Shown here: piece after piece, positions 22,391 to 29,924 of the stretch
Position numbering within the stretch: position 1 is the first letter of the stretch
Layout: each line of letters opens with the position of its first letter
Source: Wallemia ichthyophaga EXF-994
Taxonomy: Eukaryota; Fungi; Basidiomycota
Length of the DNA stretch: 32,000 nucleotides
Assembly: GCF_000400465.1 (NCBI RefSeq)
Contig: NW_008806294.1
Location: 112,958-144,957 of the forward strand
Direction: 5' to 3'
The notes under the pieces: generated by a model
What the model was told of the DNA's origin: nothing
The model's input: only the letters and a program-made list of their open reading frames with translations
The model's database searches: none
Translations under genes and position numbers: made by a program

Positions 22391-23080
22391 ATGCGAGAGC
22401 AGAAGCAAGCACGAAGGATAGCACGAGGAAGGCACGAACGTCGAGGAGCAGGAGCAGCGTCAAGTTACAGGATACCCAGAGCTATGAGAACAATGAAAGC
22501 AGTGGACACACAAGCGCAACTCAACGACATAGCCGAGTTCGTCAAGCAGACAAGGCGATCGAAGCACATGCGCACGCGCACGCACTTAGACACAGACACA
22601 GAAACAGACACAGATGTAACCGCACATGGATCCACACTGATGGGAGAAATGCGGCGACGCCACGAGAGAGAAGTCGCAGCATTGAAGCAGACCCACCTAG
22701 AAGAGATATCAGCAGCATGTCGATATCTGCGCGAGAAGACACAACCATCACTAGCATCGCCTTTGTCTAATGCGCACGACGCGCACAAGAAGAGGAGGCG
22801 TGGACGCGACTCAGGCATACTCTCTCTAGATACACGCGATACGAATATAACGCAGGAGCAGATCAATATGGCAATTAACCAACGCGATAGATTTCTCAGG
22901 GAAGCTGCACGTAAGAAGGACACATCAGGCAGATCAGAAACAGCACACACAGCAAACTCGGCACGCACAGTACACACAGCACACGATATACATCAACCTC
23001 AACCTCGACGTCAATCCACTCTGCCGAGCATAAGCTTAATGTTTCCAGGCTACTTTGACCGCAGCAGAGGGGATATATAG
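22391..23080 (+). CDS. Hypothetical coiled-coil-like protein (start possibly 22484)
   Basis: 229-codon ORF with helical charged segments. No family recognised. Confidence 0.4.
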   Translation: MREQKQARRIARGRHERRGAGAASSYRIPRAMRTMKAVDTQAQLNDIAEFVKQTRRSKHMRTRTHLDTDTETDTDVTAHGSTLMGEMRRRHEREVAALKQTHLEEISAACRYLREKTQPSLASPLSNAHDAHKKRRRGRDSGILSLDTRDTNITQEQINMAINQRDRFLREAARKKDTSGRSETAHTANSARTVHTAHDIHQPQPRRQSTLPSISLMFPGYFDRSRGDI

Positions 23081-23428
23081 AGACATGTACATCATCTTAT
23101 GTTATATCAAATTACATTATACCACATATACCCACGTACATACGCACGGCGAACGAATTGGGACACGCGGCTGAACGAATAGCACTGCAGCGGACATGGC
23201 AACGGAAATGGACACGGAATTGATCGAGACTCTCTTCACCTTCCTTTTATGGCTAGTGAGCGTGTTTAGTGCGAGACTTTCGAATACCAAAACCAAAAAA
23301 GTGAGTCGGGGAATCGGGCAGTCGGGCAGCCGGGGAGACTAAGACAGACTAAAAAGGTAATATGAGAGCTATAAAAGAGGCAGGCGAGAAATCTCTTACT
23401 TTACAACGCAAAACACAACCACAACACA

Positions 23429-23790
23429 ATGATTGCTCAAACCATCTTCGCTACCGCTCTCGCCGCCACTGTCTCGGCCGGATGGACCTCTAAGACTGGC
23501 TCATGTAACACAGGCACCCTCTCATGCTGTAACACCAACAAGAAGGTGCAGAAGTCCACCGGTGAAGAGAGCGGTCTCCTTCACACTGGCGACGTCCTCG
23601 ACCAAGTTGCCATCCAATGTACTCAGATCCCAGCTCTCATTGGCGTTGCTATAGAAGGTGAGTAAATGCGTTTGTTTTATATGGCAATTGACACCCCTCA
23701 GATGAATGTAAGAACACTCCAACCTGTTGTGAGGACGTTGAGGACGATGGTCTCGTCGGTATCAACTGCACCCCTATCTCCCTCATCTAA
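23429..23790 (+). CDS. Class I hydrophobin (105 aa)
   Basis: Exons 23429-23657 and 23702-23790. Signal peptide, 8-Cys pattern, TATAAAA at 23370-23376. Paralog of the gene at 506. Confidence 0.93.
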
Positions 23791-23945
23791 GCTGGTTAGA
23801 TGTATGCTTTATGCTTTGTATAACCCGACACATTTGATACTACTTAATAGCTACATTCTGAGTTGTAAAAATTGCACATAAGACATCGCAGACATAGCAA
23901 CATGGACATATCAGCGCCCGAAATAAATCTGTATTTACACACCAA

Positions 23946-24978
23946 TCACCGCCAAGGGACACGGGGGCCGATAGCGCGCATTCTAAACATGGCAAAGGCG
24001 ACACCAGCGAGAGTGCCTGAGAGCCTAGACTTGTGCGCTCCGACGGAGTAAGGGGAGGTGAGGGTGTTGTAGGCGTCCCAAGCTACCAAACCGCCAACGG
24101 CCATCCTGTGAAAAGTGCATGAGTAATCAGTCGTGAGTGTCGTGCTGCATTAGACACCCACCAAGCCTGCACCGGTAGGAAGAAATAGAGGGAGAAGGTG
24201 GCGTGTGGGTTGGCTGCAGCGAAGAAACCGAGCGTGCTACCAACCGCGCCTGTGATGTGTGTGAGATGAAAAAGAAGAGTGAAAAAGTCAAACCATAACA
24301 CACCCGAAGCACCGTTGGAGGGGTTGGAGAGCGTGGCAGCGGATGCGGCTAATCCACCTCCACAGTAGAGTGCTAGGAAAGTGCGCGCACCTAGCATAGC
24401 AATTGCGTGCGGAGCCATCAAGTAGAAAGTGAGCATATTGAAAATGAGTGAATCGACGCGTGTGTGCAGGAAACTGGACGTGAGCAGTGTGTGTAAGCGT
24501 CCTGAAGAGAGGTTGTACCAGCTGCGAGGGGTGTGTCAGTGACGTTGCTATCAAGCTGTCGCGCTATCAAGCTGACACGCTATCAAGCTGACACGCTATC
24601 AAGCCGACACGCTATCAAGCTGACACGCTATCAAGCTACCACAACTGCTCACCTCGCTGTAAAGTTCTTCAACATAAAGCGCATCCAGCGTGGATCGTTG
24701 AAACGTTTCCACTGAGCATCGCTCAATACGAAGAGAGCATACACGGCGACATTCGCCCCCATAACGCTGTATAGGAGGTGGTTGGGGTGTGGATTGAAAC
24801 CGCGTCTGAAGAAGCGCTGCCAGTTGTCTCTGTGGCTGTTGCCGCTGTTGCCGCGCGGGAAGTAGGTGGTGCGCAGAGCCCTCGTGTGCATCTGCGTGTG
24901 TGCATGTGTATGTGGATGCACACCGCCACTCCTCCACTGCAATTGCACTTGCAATCGCCCCGCTAATCGTGATAGCAT
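23946..24978 (-). CDS. Rhomboid-family (PARL/Pcp1-like) membrane protein, probably catalytically inactive
   Basis: Exons 24978-24653, 24521-24304, 24249-24162, 24105-23946 (263 aa). Motifs NFTASWYNLSSGRLHTLLTSSFLH, FNM, NGASGA. Basic N-terminus consistent with mitochondrial targeting. Confidence 0.82.
24547..24637. repeat. Intronic 16-bp minisatellite (GCTATCAAGCTGACAC)n
   Basis: Five full copies plus a partial one, no spacers, inside rhomboid intron 1 (24522-24652). Confidence 0.95.
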
Positions 24979-25033
24979 TCTTATTCCGTTTCCGTCGCGA
25001 AGAGAGAAGACAGAAGGCAGCGGACACACGAAA

Positions 25034-25705
25034 ATGGCAGTGCCTGGACAGAAAAAGGAATCGCTTACGCCAAGTGAACTGCATTTCATAGCGACATCCG
25101 AATACGTGGTGGAGATTGTACCCAATTTCTCAATGGGCCAGATACGGTTGTTGAGTGTGAGTGGGTGTTTGTGCGCCGTCGACTACGCTAACCCTGCAAA
25201 GGGTATCTGGGGACCATTCACACCGCCAGGCAAAGCCAGAGTGCCTCTGTGGCTGGCACTCGATTTGAAGCGGCGGAAGAGGTGCTCGATAGTTGCGCCA
25301 GAGTGGATGAGCGTCGATCATCTACAAGAGAGGCTCAAAGACGAGACCACTCACGGCGAGTACGCTGATTTGCCATTCCGGTATTTGGAAATATCAAAAG
25401 CGATAATCGGCGTGGCTGGTGAGGATGTAGACAATGCAGCACTCATTCGCAGTCTGCTGATGGATATTCGTCAGGCACGCCAAACAAAGTCGCGTCAAGG
25501 TGTTGTCAAGATGAATGACGCGGGCATGGCCATGACGGGGATCTCCCAGCTCGAAATCAACGAACTGCGGCCATTCTTTGTGCAGTCATTTGGCGTGATG
25601 AGGAGGCTGGGTGGTGCACATGTCGCAGCGCCAATGAGCCAGTCGACGCAGATACCAAGCCAGTTTACCCTGGATGAGGATGGATGGGATGTGAGTGGGG
25701 TGTAG
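25034..25705 (+). CDS. PSF2: GINS complex subunit Psf2
   Basis: Exons 25034-25156 and 25202-25705. Motifs EIVPNF, GPFTPP...VPLWLALDLKRRKRCSIVAPEWM, LPFRYLEI, DIRQAR. Confidence 0.94.
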   Translation: MAVPGQKKESLTPSELHFIATSEYVVEIVPNFSMGQIRLLSVSGCLCAVDYANPAKGIWGPFTPPGKARVPLWLALDLKRRKRCSIVAPEWMSVDHLQERLKDETTHGEYADLPFRYLEISKAIIGVAGEDVDNAALIRSLLMDIRQARQTKSRQGVVKMNDAGMAMTGISQLEINELRPFFVQSFGVMRRLGGAHVAAPMSQSTQIPSQFTLDEDGWDVSGV

Positions 25706-25838
25706 CGGGATATAACGAGCAGGTGAAATGAGCAATAAGGAACTGTAATAAGTTAAAATACACGAATCTATGTGATGCAAGTGTGGTTAAAATTTTCACA
25801 ATTTTCACTTGTAGAGCCTTCTCAGTCGAAATAACCCG

Positions 25839-26546
25839 CTAAAACAAACTATCTTCATCTCTCAAATACTCACCGACATCAGCTTGATGGAAAACGACGA
25901 GGCCAGTGGGGTCTAGCTTGCGGGTATCGACAGTGGATCTCGCGCTGACACCGAAACCGAGGGGGACATCAGCCATGCTAAGAACGACGACACCTTGATG
26001 TTCGGGGGTGTCTTCAGTGATTCTGCCGAGGTGTGCCTTAACGACGTGATTTCCGTAGAGGAAGGGAAGTTCACCGTTTGGTTTAACCCAGACCTGAGAA
26101 CGGGGTTAAGCGGGTGTATAATCTATAGCCACGGCTGCGCACCTTAAACCTCGCCCACCTCGCCAGAACATCCAACGAGCCAATTCCAAGTTTAAATTTT
26201 CCAGATTTTGTGAATTTTCCGAGGCATTGACCGATGCTAATGAGATTTGGACGGGCAATAGACGTGGCGAGGTTGTTTATAGGGGTGTTGAGGAGGAACA
26301 CCTTATCCTTCTGTAGCCTGAGCAGAGGAGCTGTGTCTTCGTCGAGGTCGTCTGCATCTCCAGCAGGATTGATGACGTGAACGAGGTTCTTGCCCTGGGA
26401 TCTTGATCAGATAGTTCATCGCAGCCGCACACCACGTACGACGTAATTGGCCAGCTTTTCAAACACAGCGCGTGTCTCTTCCTCTGTGAGTGGTCTCCTG
26501 GGAGTGTATGTGAGCGGAATATCCCAATATTTATCCAAAATTACAT
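25839..26546 (-). CDS. NIP7: 60S ribosome biogenesis protein Nip7
   Basis: Exons 26546-26545, 26497-26440, 26394-26143, 26093-25839 (188 aa). Motifs [51 protein letters not shown]. Confidence 0.94.
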
Positions 26547-26640
26547 TTTATTTTTGAGTTTTTCTTGATGGCTGTTGCTGTTCAAGGTGGTGTCCCCGCC
26601 TCCATCTCACCCACCAACGCCCAATTGGAAAAACATCGAA

Positions 26641-27450
26641 ATGGTCTTCAGAAATTCCTACGACTCTGACAACACCGTTTTCTCCCCACAAGGAAGACTC
26701 CACCAGGTCGAATACGCTTTGGAAGCTGTCAGGCAAGGTTCTGCCGCTGTTGGGCTCAGGAGCAACACCCACGCAATTCTCCTCACTCTCAAGCGCTCTA
26801 CCGGCGAGCTTGCCAGCTACCAGCAGAAAGCGTTCAAGATCGATGACCACCTCGGTATTGCGATCGCTGGTCTCACCAGTGACGCACGCGTTCTCAGCAA
26901 CTACATGCGCAATCAAGCCATGTCCTCTAGGCTCCTCTACGGCCGTCCAATCCCCGTAAACAGAATCGTCTCGCAGATCGCTGAGAAGGCGCAGCTTGCC
27001 ACTCAGCAATACGGCAGACGTCCTTATGGTGTTGGTTTCCTCGTTATTGGTCAGGATCAGACTGGCCCTCACCTCCACGAATTCAGCCCAGACGGCAACG
27101 CCTTGGAGTATGTAGCCATGTCCATCGGTGCACGCTCTCAAATGGCTAAAACTTATCTCGAGAAGGAGCACGATAAGCTGGCAGAGTGTAGTTTGGATGA
27201 GCTCATCCACCACGGCTTGCAATCCCTCAAGGCTTCTCTCCAGCAATCTAAAACTCTCACCCCCCTCAACACCTCCATCGCCATCGTTGGTCCTCCAGGT
27301 CCAAACGAGTCTGGCGTCAAGAGCGAAGGCTCCTTCAGAATCCTCGAGGGTGACAATGCTAAGCCATACATCGATGCCTTGGGTCAGGAGGAGCAGACAC
27401 AAGCGCAGACACAGCCAACGCAGCAAAGGGATGTCACTATGCAGGAGTAA
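26641..27450 (+). CDS. PRE5: 20S proteasome subunit alpha-6 (PSMA1 ortholog)
   Basis: Intronless. Motifs FRNSYDSDNTVFSPQGRLHQVEYA, RRPYGVG, IGARSQ. Confidence 0.96.
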   Translation: MVFRNSYDSDNTVFSPQGRLHQVEYALEAVRQGSAAVGLRSNTHAILLTLKRSTGELASYQQKAFKIDDHLGIAIAGLTSDARVLSNYMRNQAMSSRLLYGRPIPVNRIVSQIAEKAQLATQQYGRRPYGVGFLVIGQDQTGPHLHEFSPDGNALEYVAMSIGARSQMAKTYLEKEHDKLAECSLDELIHHGLQSLKASLQQSKTLTPLNTSIAIVGPPGPNESGVKSEGSFRILEGDNAKPYIDALGQEEQTQAQTQPTQQRDVTMQE

Positions 27451-27538
27451 ATGAGATGTGAGTATATGTATGACTATGATAATATCCAGTGTGAAACATG
27501 AAAATTTTATGCATGATGTATCATGTATGATGCATTAC

Positions 27539-28978
27539 CTATTGTACTGTTGTGTTTATCTTCCTTTGCGATTGCGCTTGCAGGAGGCCCTTCTCCCACT
27601 GCGCTCTGACTCTCGCCGCCATCCCGGGTCTGCGCAACGACGCGACAAGGGCGACGTACGCGCTAAGCAGGGCGACAGAGCCAGCCTGATGAGCCGCAGC
27701 GAGGGGAATAGGAACGAGGTAGAGGAGAGTGCTTATGCCTAAGGAAGCCTGCAAAACCACAGTGCCTGACGTAACATTGAGTAGTGTTTTAGTGAGAGGT
27801 GGCAAGCTCTTCTTCACACCTGGGCTGCGCAATGCCAGTGCGTGCATGGCCAATGTGCCAATGAGGGTGGTAGTGGCGAGTATGCGATGGTCCATCTGCG
27901 CCGTCGAAGGGTTTTCCGTCATGTTGCGCCACCACAAATCAGCTCCGTCTGCTCGCCGCGAATAGCGTTTATCCCAGACCTCGTTCCACGGTGGCGACAC
28001 GCCCTCACCCATCCACGGGAACTCGTTGTAGATAAGCCCCGCATCGAGCCCGGCAACGAACGCACCCGAAAGTGCCGTGAGGAAAACTACACCCAAACCT
28101 GTGCGCGCGAGTACCCTGAACTGCCTCAGTGGTCGAGTCGCACTCTTGCCAAGCACCTTCTCTGGCTGGTGCACCCCGCTCACACTACCACCCCCACCAA
28201 CGGCCCAGTCACGCGCCGATGCCAGCCCCGCATAGAGCGTGGCTACATAGAGCGCGAGTGCTGCACCCAGATGCGCAGCGAGGCGGTGCTGGCTGACGCG
28301 GGGAGTGGCGCCAGCGTGCGCGAAGTTCTCCTCCTTCAGCCCACTCTCCACCATATACCACCCGAGGAAGCCCTGGAAAGCTATGCCAAGCCCCAAGCCA
28401 CCGACTGCCCAGCGCATCCCGCGGGATAGCTGCCGACGCGCGACCAAGTACCCCGCTGGAAGGATAAACGCAACACCTATCGCCCTCCCGAATACCCTGT
28501 GCGCCCATTCCATCACGTAGATCCGCTTGAAATCCTCGAGGGATATGCGGCTGTTGAGCCTGGTGGGAGTGAGTGGTGTGTATGTGTGTGTCTTACCAAC
28601 TCACATTCTATACTCAGGCGTCTGCTTGTACTTGTCAAACTCAGCCTGCCAATCCTCCCCGCGTGGCAGCGTTACGCCTGTGATGGGCTTCCATTCTGTG
28701 ATACTCAATCCACTCTCCGTAAGCCGGGTGACGCCACCGACAACAACGATCCCCGCTATCAACGCCGATAGTGAATAGAGCCATTTTGAGGCGCTAGGGT
28801 GGGTGAGTGTGGGTTTTGGCGTGTGCGTGGGTGTTGGTGGTGTCTGTGAGTGGATTGATCTGAATGGTGCTATTCTCCAGCGAGTGGGGTGTACGCTGTT
28901 TTTGCCTTGTATGCCGTGTACACCTCGAAAAGCCCCCGAGATTCCAACCGGCCGGGAATAACTCAAACATCTAAACAT
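27539..28978 (-). CDS. COX15: Heme A synthase
   Basis: Exons 28978-28605 and 28559-27539. Motifs [63 protein letters not shown]. Confidence 0.96.
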
Positions 28979-29006
28979 GATCGTTGTCTTCCAACTTTCA
29001 ACGACG

Positions 29007-29414
29007 ATGAATAGAATATCAAATATGGCGAGAAGCTCTGGCTTCAGGAGCAGCATTAGAGCACCAGCCACAGCCACAACTACAACCACTCCACTCCGCT
29101 TCTACTCGGATGCCACTGCCACCACCGCTGAACAGCCTCTGGCCGGTGAAGCTCGGATCAAGCAGAAGCTATCAGACACCTTCAGCCCATCTAAGCTCCA
29201 AGTCATGGATGTCTCTGGCGGCTGTGGCTCTTTCTACGCTATAAACATCGCTTCAGACTCCTTCAAAGGCCTAACAACGGTTAAACAACATCGTTTGGTT
29301 AACGAAACCCTTAAAGAGGATATCGCTGGTATACATGGTTTGCAAGTGGGTGTATTCCTCATAAGCTTCTTACTCCTACTCACCCCCACACAGCTCAAAA
29401 CAGCCGCTGAATAA
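29007..29414 (+). CDS. BOL3: BolA-family protein (BOLA3/Bol3-like, mitochondrial Fe-S maturation)
   Basis: [29 protein letters not shown]. Intron 29346-29393. Start at 29007 or 29025. Confidence 0.88.
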   Translation: MNRISNMARSSGFRSSIRAPATATTTTTPLRFYSDATATTAEQPLAGEARIKQKLSDTFSPSKLQVMDVSGGCGSFYAINIASDSFKGLTTVKQHRLVNETLKEDIAGIHGLQVGVFLISFLLLLTPTQLKTAAE

Positions 29415-29539
29415 TCCTTTTAGAATCTTGTATTATAATTCATTGATCGTGCAAGCATATCGTTAATCTTAAAAAGTACGCATGCAAAATGCGATTGAGT
29501 TCGCTAATCTTGGGTGCGCCAAAAGAATGCAAAAATATT

Positions 29540-29637
29540 AGCCCCACGCGGGGCTCGAACCCGCAGCCTTGTGATTAAAAGTCACCCGCAGCCTTGTGAT
29601 TAAGAGTCACACGCTCTACCGATTGAGCTAGCGAGGC
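29540..29637 (-). tRNA. tRNA-Lys gene with a duplicated anticodon arm (CTT, then TTT)
   Basis: GCCTCGCTAGCTCAATCGGTAGAGCGT[GTGACTCTTAATCACAAGGCTGCGG][GTGACTTTTAATCACAAGGCTGCGG]GTTCGAGCCCCGCGTGGGGCT. Length is 98 nt = 73 + 25. Followed by T5. Confidence 0.85.
29561..29610. repeat. 25-bp tandem duplication inside tRNA-Lys (24/25 identical)
   Basis: Copies at 29561-29585 and 29586-29610 differ only at the wobble base (29579 vs 29604). Confidence 0.95.
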
Positions 29638-29924
29638 TAGTTATCATGGCTTATTAACTTCAAATTATAATCAGATTGCAGCCTTAGACAAATTTTTTTC
29701 ATTCCAAAGAACGCTGTAGCACATCAAAGGACTATTTTGCCATAGAAATGCTTGTATATAACAAGCTAATGTCTAATTCGAATAGATATTATCTGATATC
29801 TGCCCCCTCAATGCTCCTATATTCCACATGACATCATGAGCATATGATCATAATGTAGTGTGAAAAAGCGCAGTCAATCGCAGTCGCAGTTAAACATCAA
29901 CGTTCATAACAAGAAGCAATCAGA

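Noticed and set aside
23305-23335. TCGGGCAG short repeats upstream of the hydrophobin as Zn2Cys6 sites
   Set aside because: Too short and degenerate to support without enrichment data.
24547-24637. Direct repeat array as a CRISPR
   Set aside because: The units are contiguous with no unique spacers, the context is eukaryotic and intronic, and there are no cas genes.
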